Below the pieces are notes generated by a model, which was given only the letters and a program-made list of their open reading frames with translations, was not told the DNA's origin and made no database searches. DNA of 63,632 nucleotides from Candidatus Omnitrophota bacterium (GTDB lineage: Bacteria > Omnitrophota > Gorgyraeia > Gygaellales > Profunditerraquicolaceae), in NCBI GenBank assembly GCA_011620275.1, contig WOZK01000019.1, positions 1 to 63,632 of the forward strand, read 5' to 3'. This document shows, piece by piece, positions 10,292-18,652 of the stretch. Made by a program: the position numbers and the translations under genes. How positions within the stretch are numbered: position 1 is the stretch's first letter; each line of letters begins with the position of its first letter.

Positions 10292-12022
10292 ATGCGCGCA
10301 GAGAAACAAACATCGTTAAAATACCTAAAACCTCATTTGCCTTTTATATTGCTGACGCTGCTTTTTATAACCTTCAGGATAGTTCAATTGTATTGCTGCA
10401 GACACGTCGCTCATCCCGAAGAAGCCGTACTGGGGTTGTTCATAAAACACGTTATCGAGGGCGGTAGTGCGGTCCCGCTTTCTGACTATTTCCTTTCGTA
10501 TTCCGGGGGTTCTTTTATCTCCTGCCTGCTTGCGCTGCCGTTGTGTAAAATGTTCGGCGTTTCGATATTATCGTTACGCTGGTGTTCCCTTTTGCACAGC
10601 GCCGCCATTCTGCTATTGCTTTATTGCTTCGTTAGAAGGTTCTGGGGCGGGACCACGGCCATTCTTGCCGCTTTTTTTTACATCTTGTCACCGCCGTCTT
10701 ATTCTCATTACACTTCGCTTTTCCTGAGCGGAGAATATCTGGTGATTTTTCTTGATATAGTGCTGATGTATATTCTTCTTGCCATGTTTGTTCCCGAAGG
10801 AGGATGCGGAGAAAGAAAAAGAATGTTTCTTACCGCGGCCCTGGGGTTCGCTTCCGGGCTGGCGGCATATTTTCTGTTTTCCTCCGTTCTGTTTGCGGCG
10901 TTCGCCTTCGGCGTCTGGCTTATGCTGCGCGGCAGATCCCTGCGCAGAGGAGAATTACTCCTATACGGCACATTTCTGCTGCTTGGGCTGCTGCCGTATT
11001 TTTATTCTTCATGCCTGTATCCGGAGCAGAGCCGGTTATTTCTGGGTTCGCTCCTGGAGACGCCCGCGGGGCTGGCGCAAAAAACAAGATGGTTTTTCCC
11101 TTTTCTTGTTTCCGAATTCACGCGCTCTTTCCATTTCGAATTCTTCGGCTATTACCCGGGACGGGCTTACTGGAATCAGATCTACGTTTTGTTCTTCTGC
11201 GGCGCGTGGCTGTATTTGATATGGGTGAACCGTTCATCTTTCCGGCGTATGACTACAGGTATTTTTTTGAAAAGAGAGGGCAAGCGCGGCGCGTCTTCCG
11301 ATCTCAGACCGGAGTCGCTTCTGCTGCCGCTGCCGGTTTTATTCATTGTTGTTTGCTTTTTTAGCGCTTATTGCCGGCCGACGTTCTTTCATTACAGGTA
11401 TTTCTTTCCCCTATACCCGATATTCCAGATTTTTTGCGCGGTTTCGTTATCAGCGTTGTTTTCAGGAAAAGGCAGAGCGGTTAAGGCCTGCGCGCTGGCG
11501 GTAGTGTCGTTTATTATCCTGATATCCTGGCGCGGGGTGACCGGTATAGCGGGTAAACAGGATTTCTGGGAGTCCTATCCATTACCGGAGGCGATATCGC
11601 GCTTGAAGGAAAAAGGGATTGAATATGTTTACACGGAATATTTTCTGAAATGGCAGATATTGTTCGAAAGCGGGGAAGAAGTTATCGCTTCCTGCGAAGG
11701 GATGCCGTTCTTCTATTTTTCTGATTTTGAGGGAGCAAGCGACTCTCGTGTCTATGGCAGTTCGTACCGCTTATACGAGGAAGTTGTGGATAATGCGGTG
11801 CGAAAGGGCGCTTCTTACGCCTATCTCTTTCGCCTGGATCCCCGCCTTCCGTATTACGGGATGCTGAGAAATTATTTGTCCGCTGCCGGAGTTGAATACC
11901 GGATGGAGACGGTCGGAAGTGAACTGGTATTGTTTTACGGTTTCGGGCGTCCGGTCACGCCCGCGCAAGCCGAGCTTGAGTCCGCTATGAAGGACTATCT
12001 GCGTAGAAATGGCGAACGGTAA
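10292..12022 (+). CDS. GT-C fold membrane glycosyltransferase-like protein (PMT_2 / ArnT-like, divergent)
   Basis: AGGAGG before ATG; many TM helices; MFGVSILSLRWCSLLHSAAILLLLYCFVRRFWGGTTAILAAFFYILSPP matches the ArnT/PMT_2 signature region; first-loop acidic pair is HPEEA instead of DE; soluble C-terminal domain. Confidence 0.65.
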   Translation: MRAEKQTSLKYLKPHLPFILLTLLFITFRIVQLYCCRHVAHPEEAVLGLFIKHVIEGGSAVPLSDYFLSYSGGSFISCLLALPLCKMFGVSILSLRWCSLLHSAAILLLLYCFVRRFWGGTTAILAAFFYILSPPSYSHYTSLFLSGEYLVIFLDIVLMYILLAMFVPEGGCGERKRMFLTAALGFASGLAAYFLFSSVLFAAFAFGVWLMLRGRSLRRGELLLYGTFLLLGLLPYFYSSCLYPEQSRLFLGSLLETPAGLAQKTRWFFPFLVSEFTRSFHFEFFGYYPGRAYWNQIYVLFFCGAWLYLIWVNRSSFRRMTTGIFLKREGKRGASSDLRPESLLLPLPVLFIVVCFFSAYCRPTFFHYRYFFPLYPIFQIFCAVSLSALFSGKGRAVKACALAVVSFIILISWRGVTGIAGKQDFWESYPLPEAISRLKEKGIEYVYTEYFLKWQILFESGEEVIASCEGMPFFYFSDFEGASDSRVYGSSYRLYEEVVDNAVRKGASYAYLFRLDPRLPYYGMLRNYLSAAGVEYRMETVGSELVLFYGFGRPVTPAQAELESAMKDYLRRNGER

Positions 12023-13358
12023 AGTGGTGCTTCTGCTAAACGCTCCTTGCGATAACCGTTTTTTTGTCTCCAGACAGGCGCCCCTGGGGTTATTGTATAT
12101 AGCTTCTTATCTTCGTAAACACGGGGTGGAGGTAGCTCTTTTAGACCTTAACGTTATGCCGTTTTGGCGCGGCAGGCTTAATTATCTGGTAAAGAAACTC
12201 AGACCGGCCATAATCGGCGTATCGGTCAACTATTCCAGCCGTAAGGAGGCCATTGAGATTTGTAGGATTATCAAGGCCGTCGATCCGGGGATAACGATAG
12301 TGCTGGGCGGCCCGCAGCCTACGATTTCTCCCGGTGAATTTTTCGCCAGCAGAGCGGACTATATAATACCTTACGAAGGGGAACGAGCGATGCTGGAATT
12401 TGCGCGGGCGGGATCTGACAGGTCGGCGCTTAGGAATGTGTTTTCTTGCAGGGACGCCGGGCTGGCGGATTCAGTGCGTAAGGCCGACAGGTATCCCGTC
12501 GAAGATTTGAACGACCTGCCTTTTCCGGCGTATGATCTGATCGACATCAGGCCTTATTACATAAACAGTTACAAGAGGAAGCCGATTGTTTCCGTGCTTA
12601 CTTCTCGGGGATGTCCGAACAACTGTATTTTTTGCAGCCAGGCCGTTTCCGGGCGTTCCTGGAGGGCGCGTTCCGCCGGTAACGTGGCCGACGAATTCGA
12701 ATGGCTCACAAGGGAGATAGGCGCAGGGGAAATATCCGTGGAGGACGATAATTTCACGGCGGATATCGGCAGGGTTTACGAGTTCTGCGGATTGTTGAGA
12801 AAACGGGGAATCAGCATTCCCTGGCAGCTGGCGAACGGCGTGCGCGCCGACCGTTTGACGAGGGACCTCCTTAGCGAACTCAAGGTATCCGGCTGCTGGA
12901 AGATTGCCATCGCGCCCGAGGTCGGCGACGATGAGAGCATGAAACGAATACGCAAGGGAATGAACATGGAGCATTTCCGGCAGGCCGCGCGCTGGTGCCG
13001 GGAGACCGGCATGGTTTATTACGCTTATTTTCTTATGGGGTTCCCTTTCCAGGGGGAAAAAGAACTGCGTGCTATAATAGATTTTGCCGAAGAGCTGGAT
13101 CCCCTGCTGATGGATCTGTCCAAGATCGTCCCTTTTCCCGGTACGGAGATATACGATACGCTTGCTTCCGGCGCAGGAACGAATATCTCCTATTACTACA
13201 GAGGACGGGACCCGCTTATAGAGCGTTATTACCGAAAAGCGTATCTTGATTTCTACCTGCGTTCGGGAAAACTGCGCAGGATAATCTCGGCCATAGGGAT
13301 CAGGCAGTTTTGTTCGCTGGCTCGTTACGCCTGCCGGGTACTCCTGGCTGGACGTTGA
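12009..13358 (+). CDS. B12-binding domain radical SAM protein (paralog group with 13370 and 25738)
   Basis: VVLLLNAP..APLGLLYIASYLRKHGVEVALLDLN, GGPQPTISP, LNDLPFPAYDL, CPNNCIFC, GCWKIAIAPEVGD. Confidence 0.9.
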   Translation: MANGKVVLLLNAPCDNRFFVSRQAPLGLLYIASYLRKHGVEVALLDLNVMPFWRGRLNYLVKKLRPAIIGVSVNYSSRKEAIEICRIIKAVDPGITIVLGGPQPTISPGEFFASRADYIIPYEGERAMLEFARAGSDRSALRNVFSCRDAGLADSVRKADRYPVEDLNDLPFPAYDLIDIRPYYINSYKRKPIVSVLTSRGCPNNCIFCSQAVSGRSWRARSAGNVADEFEWLTREIGAGEISVEDDNFTADIGRVYEFCGLLRKRGISIPWQLANGVRADRLTRDLLSELKVSGCWKIAIAPEVGDDESMKRIRKGMNMEHFRQAARWCRETGMVYYAYFLMGFPFQGEKELRAIIDFAEELDPLLMDLSKIVPFPGTEIYDTLASGAGTNISYYYRGRDPLIERYYRKAYLDFYLRSGKLRRIISAIGIRQFCSLARYACRVLLAGR

Positions 13359-13369
13359 CGGAACCGGAA

Positions 13370-14704
13370 ATGAGAAAAAAAATACTTCTTATAAACGCCC
13401 CATCTAGTCGAAAAGATTGCATCTGCGTGTTGCCTCCCCTGGGGGTGCTCTCCTTAGCGGCGTTCCTGAGACGGGCCGGTTTTGGAGTTGCGGTCGCCGA
13501 CTTCAACGCCGATAGGCGCTGGCGCGCTAAACTCGGCGCGCTCATCAGCGGGCATCGGCCGGAGGTGGTGGGGATCTCAAGCAATTTCTCCAATAAGGCA
13601 CTCTCATTGGAGATCGCCTTGATGGTCAAAAGGTTCGACGAGAACATAACCGTGGTGGCAGGCGGGCCGCATCCCACGATCGCTCCGGAGGAGTACGCAG
13701 GCGGTTCCATAGATTACGTCATCCCTTACGAAGCGGAACTGCCGCTTCTGGATTTTCTTGCTTCTTCCGACAAGAGCGCCGTTCCCGGAGCAGTCTCTTT
13801 GAGGCGGGGGGACGTGAATAAAGCGGTAGCCGGTATCCAGCGCTGCTGTGTGGAAGATATGGATAGTCTTCCTTTTCCGGCCTATGACATGGTGGATCTG
13901 CGCGGGTATATAGGGAGTATATACAGGAAAAGGCCGTTAGCGTCTATAGTTACTTCCCGGGGGTGTCCGTATAGTTGTATATTCTGCAGTCAGGGGGTAT
14001 TCGACCGTCGCTGGCGCGCTTTCTCCGCCGGTTATGTGGCGGAACAGATGCTCTGGATGAAGGAATCTCTGGGTATAAGGGAACTTCTCATAGAGGACGA
14101 TAACTTCACTTATGACATTGAGCGCGTCTTCAGGATCTGCGAGCTTATCCTTTCCAGCGGGAAAAAAGTCAACTGGCAGCTCTCCAACGGGGTAAGGGCC
14201 GATAGACTGAGCAGGGAACTGCTGGCCGTTATGAAACGGGCCGGGTGCTGGAAGATATCCATTGCCCCGGAGGTCGGAGATGAGGAGAGTCTGAAAGTAC
14301 TGAGTAAAGGCATGACTATGGAGCATTTTGTTCGCGCCGCGCAATGGTGCAAAGAGCTCAAGATCGAATTCTTCTGTTTCTTTCTGATGGGATTCCCTTT
14401 TCAGGACCGTGTCAACATGGAGAATACCGTGAATTTCGCCCTGCGTCTGGATCCTTTAATGATGGATCTGAACAAGATAGTACCTTTCCCGGATACTCCA
14501 TATTTCTCCAGGTTCCCGGACCGGAGCATATACAAAAAAGCGCACAGTTATCAATATAAAGGCGGTGACCGCGAAGTCGACCGGATGTGTACCAGGGCAT
14601 ACCTGCGTTTTTACGCCAGGCCGGAGAAACTAATGCGTATTTTGCTGGCCATGGGGCCGCTCCAATTCCTGCGTTTCGTCAAATACGCCGGCAATGTTTT
14701 GTGA
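13370..14704 (+). CDS. B12-binding domain radical SAM protein (tandem paralog of 12009)
   Basis: ATG 13370 (MRKKILLINAPSS) lies 11 nt after stop 13358; the ORF-track start 13310 overlaps the upstream gene. GGPHPTIAP, MDSLPFPAYDM, CPYSCIFC, GCWKISIAPEVGD. Confidence 0.9.
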   Translation: MRKKILLINAPSSRKDCICVLPPLGVLSLAAFLRRAGFGVAVADFNADRRWRAKLGALISGHRPEVVGISSNFSNKALSLEIALMVKRFDENITVVAGGPHPTIAPEEYAGGSIDYVIPYEAELPLLDFLASSDKSAVPGAVSLRRGDVNKAVAGIQRCCVEDMDSLPFPAYDMVDLRGYIGSIYRKRPLASIVTSRGCPYSCIFCSQGVFDRRWRAFSAGYVAEQMLWMKESLGIRELLIEDDNFTYDIERVFRICELILSSGKKVNWQLSNGVRADRLSRELLAVMKRAGCWKISIAPEVGDEESLKVLSKGMTMEHFVRAAQWCKELKIEFFCFFLMGFPFQDRVNMENTVNFALRLDPLMMDLNKIVPFPDTPYFSRFPDRSIYKKAHSYQYKGGDREVDRMCTRAYLRFYARPEKLMRILLAMGPLQFLRFVKYAGNVL

Positions 14705-14735
14705 TTTCGCCTTATGGTGATGTGTAGGTGCATAT

Positions 14736-16136
14736 ATGGAAAGAAAACCGTTTAAAGAACGGAACCGGATAATGCTGGTACGTTTCTCCCCGCGGCAGGG
14801 GATAAAACTGACGCATCCTTTGGGGGTGATGCCGCCGTTTACTCTTAAATACGTCCAGGCTTTGTTAGAGAAAGAGGGTTCCTTCCGCGTTGAATTGGCG
14901 GATTGTTCGCTTTATCCGCTTACGCCGGAGGGGCTGGTGCGAAAGGCGGCGTCTTTCGCGCCAGACTGTCTGGTGATGCAGGCAGATGTGTTAACGTATC
15001 GGCCGGCGCGGGAGTTTGCCGAGCTGGCGCGCGCGCGGGGGATGGAATCGTTCATTTTGACAGGGCCGGGGGTTGATCTTTTTGATGCCGCGGAGCTCTT
15101 TCCGTTATGCATAAGCGGAGAAGGAGAAGTAAAAATTGCGGAGGTAATAAAGGAGTGCGCGCGCGCGCGCGATTTTTCTTCCAAGCGTCTGCGTTCCCGG
15201 GCCCAGGAATGCGCGGGTAAGGAATTCCTCGTGGAGGATCCGGACAGTCTGCCGTTCCCGTCTTACAGCCGCCGTGAAATTGAAGGTTACTCGGGGATAT
15301 TCCCGTTGCGTTTTAACGGCAGGGCCAAGTATGGTTTTGTGCTTTCCGGCAGGGGGTGTCCCCACGACTGCGGTTTTTGTTCCGGGGCGATCAGGGTAAG
15401 CTGCGGTTCCCGTGTGCGTTTTCGGAGTCCCGGGAACGTGGTGGACGAGATGGTGTCACTTGTCGGAGCTGGAGCCAACATCATTTCTTTCGCCGACGAT
15501 GATTTTAGTTGTTTGGAGAAGCACGCGACCGGGATATGCGAGGAGATACTGCGCAGGAAATTGAGCGTGCGCTGGACTGCTCAGGCGCGTCTGGACGAGC
15601 TCTCGCGGGAAGCTCTGCGCTTGATGAAGCGTTCCGGTTGTATCCTTCTGCGACTGGGCGTCGAATCCGGCTGCGAACGGGTTTTGAAAGGGCTTAGTAA
15701 ATGTGCGGATCCGGTTGAGTGGAAACGGCTGGCCGGGCAGGTTTCCGGTTGGCTGGCTAACGAGGGGATAGCCTGCGACGCAATGTTTATGATCGGCAGC
15801 CCGGGAGAGACGGGACCGGAGATCGGAGAGACGATGAGGCTTTGTTCTTCCATGAAGCCGGATTTCATCCAGGTGCACTATTACGCTCCTTATGCGGATT
15901 CACGGATGTCCGCCGGAGTTGCTGCATCGTGCTGTACTCCGCATCATTACGCGGTTCCGGAGCGCAGTTTGAGCGCGGTGGATATTCCCGGTTTGAGAAG
16001 ACTGAGGGCTTTTTTCTATCTGCGGCTGTGCCTGGATCCTTTCTTCATCCTGCGTCATTTGAGCAGGTATGGTTTTTTCTATTTGCGCAATCCCCGGGTG
16101 TTGCTGCGGCTGTCAGGGATGCTGTTGAGTTTCTGA
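14736..16136 (+). CDS. B12-binding domain radical SAM protein (divergent)
   Basis: IMLVRFSP..LGVMPPFTLKYVQALLEKEG, PDSLPFPSY, CPHDCGFC, LRLGVESG. Confidence 0.85.
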   Translation: MERKPFKERNRIMLVRFSPRQGIKLTHPLGVMPPFTLKYVQALLEKEGSFRVELADCSLYPLTPEGLVRKAASFAPDCLVMQADVLTYRPAREFAELARARGMESFILTGPGVDLFDAAELFPLCISGEGEVKIAEVIKECARARDFSSKRLRSRAQECAGKEFLVEDPDSLPFPSYSRREIEGYSGIFPLRFNGRAKYGFVLSGRGCPHDCGFCSGAIRVSCGSRVRFRSPGNVVDEMVSLVGAGANIISFADDDFSCLEKHATGICEEILRRKLSVRWTAQARLDELSREALRLMKRSGCILLRLGVESGCERVLKGLSKCADPVEWKRLAGQVSGWLANEGIACDAMFMIGSPGETGPEIGETMRLCSSMKPDFIQVHYYAPYADSRMSAGVAASCCTPHHYAVPERSLSAVDIPGLRRLRAFFYLRLCLDPFFILRHLSRYGFFYLRNPRVLLRLSGMLLSF

Positions 16137-16157
16137 AAAGTTCTTTGAGGGAGAAAA

Positions 16158-17372
16158 ATGCGCAAGTTTCCCAAAAGAAGCATTTATATTAATGCCGGGG
16201 AACCGGCAAGAATTTTTGAACTGGCGCGTTCGGGGAAATTGCTTCACGGAGGTGAAATAGAAAGGTTCGAACGCGCTATGTCTGAATTCACCGGCGCCGG
16301 GTATGCGGCGGCGGCCGGGTCCGGGCGCTGCGCGCTTTCCCTGATCCTCAAGGCTGCCGGATTGCACGCGGGGGACGAGATAATCGTTTGCGCTTATAAC
16401 TATCCCGGTCTAGTGGCGGCACTTCTGAAAGAGAATTACCGGGTCGTCCCGGTGGACGTCGGGCCCGGAGGATTCCAGATGGACGCGTCTGCGATGGAGA
16501 GCAGCATAGGTCCTCGCACGCGCGCCGTAATCGCCACTCATTTGTACGGACAACCCTGCGATATTCGGGGGATTTGCGCCGTCGCGCGCAGGCGCGGCCT
16601 GACGGTAATAGAGGATGCCGCGCATTCCTTGGGAACGATGATCGGCGGCAGACATTCCGGAACTTTCGGGGATTTCGGTTTCCTGAGTTTCTCGGGTTCT
16701 AAACCGCTTAATACCTCTTGCGGCGGTATGGTCCTGACAAATAGCGAGGAATTATACCGGAAGATAGTTTCCGGGCTTGATGCCTGCGTTTATCCTCATC
16801 CCCTGGACTTGATCCGGATGCGCCTTTTTACTTACGCGTATTCTTTTATTACGGGGAGGGTCTTTTTTAACCTGGCCGGCTATCCGGCGGCCGTGCTGGC
16901 AGGATTGTCCGGTTGGGATCCCTGGGTGAAGTATAATAGTATGCCGCGCGGCGAATTTGCAGATCGGAGGTTGAGGTTTAGCAATATGCAGGCCTGCGTC
17001 GGTCTGGGCTATATGGATCGACTCACAGAGATGTTTACAGCGAAGTGCCGCTGCGGCGAGAGGCTTTATCGGCAATTAAAAGGGACGGGCGCGCCCCCGG
17101 CTCCCGCGGAGGGATCGAATTATTTTATGATACCGCTGCTGGCAAGGGACAGACGTAGGCTGTACAGGCAACTGCTGCTACGGGGGATAGACGCTAATAA
17201 CGGCTACGCCTATGACTGTTCGTTCCTGCTGGACACGAGAAATCCCCGCGCCGCTTTGCTTGACCGAAGCACGCTTTTGCTTAATCTGCCGTTCGATACG
17301 AAGGATGATGAAGTGGATTATCTGGCGGAGCAGTTGAACGCGCTCTCCGGTGAAATGTTGCTGGCCGTGTAG
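16158..17372 (+). CDS. DegT/DnrJ/EryC1/StrS-family PLP-dependent sugar aminotransferase
   Basis: GSGRCALSLILKAAGLHAGDEIIV, THLYGQPCD, IEDAAHSLG, FSFSGSKPL (Schiff-base Lys context). Confidence 0.85.
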   Translation: MRKFPKRSIYINAGEPARIFELARSGKLLHGGEIERFERAMSEFTGAGYAAAAGSGRCALSLILKAAGLHAGDEIIVCAYNYPGLVAALLKENYRVVPVDVGPGGFQMDASAMESSIGPRTRAVIATHLYGQPCDIRGICAVARRRGLTVIEDAAHSLGTMIGGRHSGTFGDFGFLSFSGSKPLNTSCGGMVLTNSEELYRKIVSGLDACVYPHPLDLIRMRLFTYAYSFITGRVFFNLAGYPAAVLAGLSGWDPWVKYNSMPRGEFADRRLRFSNMQACVGLGYMDRLTEMFTAKCRCGERLYRQLKGTGAPPAPAEGSNYFMIPLLARDRRRLYRQLLLRGIDANNGYAYDCSFLLDTRNPRAALLDRSTLLLNLPFDTKDDEVDYLAEQLNALSGEMLLAV

Positions 17373-17462
17373 GGCCGCGTGGTTTTTTTAGCCTGAATTA
17401 CCGCGTAAGGCCGGGATTATGCTCCTGAGGCGTAGAAACCGCTGTTTATGGAGGGGTGGACG

Positions 17463-18644
17463 ATGAAACTTTTGATGCCTACGAACTGGGACGACGCGCT
17501 GGTCCCCGAATATAAGAAGCTGGGAATAGCCGAATGTTACGGTAAGCTTGCCGTGGACGTCGTGGGAGGCGGTCGGTCGGCGTTCATTCTCCCGAACGTT
17601 TCCCGTACCCGAGTCGCCGGGCATATCCGCAAGCTGCACGGGGCGGGGATTAAATTTAATTATCTTTTAAACGCCGCTTGCGGTTCTTTCCGGGAGTTTA
17701 GCCGTTCCGGGGATAGGGAGGTACGGAAACTGTTGGGTTGGCTGGCTGACGCCGGGGTGGATTCCGTTACCGTGGCCTCGCCGTATTTCCTACAGATGAT
17801 AAAGACGAAATACCCGGTTTTTAAGATCTGTGTTTCTACCAATGCCGAGGTCGCCTCTCTGCAAAAAGCGCTTTTCTGGCAGGAGCTCGGGGCGGATCAG
17901 ATTACGCTTTCGCATAACCTGGCGAATCGCGATTTCGCCCTGATAAGGCTGCTGAAGAAGAAAATCTCCTGCGAATTGAGGCTGATCGCCAACACCAGTT
18001 GCCTGCTGGATTGTCCTCTCTCCAGGTTTCATACCGCTTACGACGCCCACAGCTCGCAGGCGGATTCTACGCGCAGACCCGGTTTCGCCGTGGATTATTG
18101 CAATCTTTTTTGCAAGCTGATCCGCTTTAGCGACCCGGTGAAGTTCATCTCTTCCCAGTGGATCAGGCCGGAAGACCTGGCTGTTTATGAATCCGCCGGT
18201 ATCGGGATGTTCAAATTGATCGACAGGCGTTGCTCCACGGAGAAACTATTGCTCATCGGACGGGCTTACGCCGGCCGTAGATACGACGGTAACCTGGTGG
18301 ATCTGCTGCCGATATTTCACGGCAAGACCGTGCTTGATTCCCGCACGCTGCCGTTGAAACTCAGATATTTTTTTCATCCTCGCGAACTCAATCTTTTTTC
18401 TCTGACCGAGCTTGGGAGTATACTGCAGGATTTTAGAATCCGCATAGACAACACCAAACTGAACGGTTTCATAGGGAAATTCGTCGCTTCCGGCTGTCCG
18501 CCTGAAGGCTGCTCCGACTGCGGTTATTGCGCGCGGGTAGCCGGAGAGGCTTTGAGCTACGATAAGGAATACCTGGATTCCCTGCGTGAAAGACACGGAA
18601 ATTTTCTAAAAAAATTAGTAAACGGTGATTTGTTTCACTATTGA
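17463..18644 (+). CDS. U32-family Fe-S protein
   Basis: GGAGGGG before ATG 17463; MKLLMPTNWDD matches paralog N-termini; FNYLLNA, KICVSTN, ANRDF, CLLDCPLSRFH, DYCNLFC, WIRPED; C-terminal CPPEGCSDCGYC (18495-18530). Confidence 0.8.
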   Translation: MKLLMPTNWDDALVPEYKKLGIAECYGKLAVDVVGGGRSAFILPNVSRTRVAGHIRKLHGAGIKFNYLLNAACGSFREFSRSGDREVRKLLGWLADAGVDSVTVASPYFLQMIKTKYPVFKICVSTNAEVASLQKALFWQELGADQITLSHNLANRDFALIRLLKKKISCELRLIANTSCLLDCPLSRFHTAYDAHSSQADSTRRPGFAVDYCNLFCKLIRFSDPVKFISSQWIRPEDLAVYESAGIGMFKLIDRRCSTEKLLLIGRAYAGRRYDGNLVDLLPIFHGKTVLDSRTLPLKLRYFFHPRELNLFSLTELGSILQDFRIRIDNTKLNGFIGKFVASGCPPEGCSDCGYCARVAGEALSYDKEYLDSLRERHGNFLKKLVNGDLFHY

Positions 18645-18652
18645 GAGGGCGT

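Noticed and set aside
17373-17462. Intrinsic terminator after the DegT gene (T7 run at 17383-17389)
   Set aside because: The preceding GC-rich segment forms at best a 4-5 bp GGCC stem, too weak to call. It is noted only as a possible operon punctuation point inside the island.
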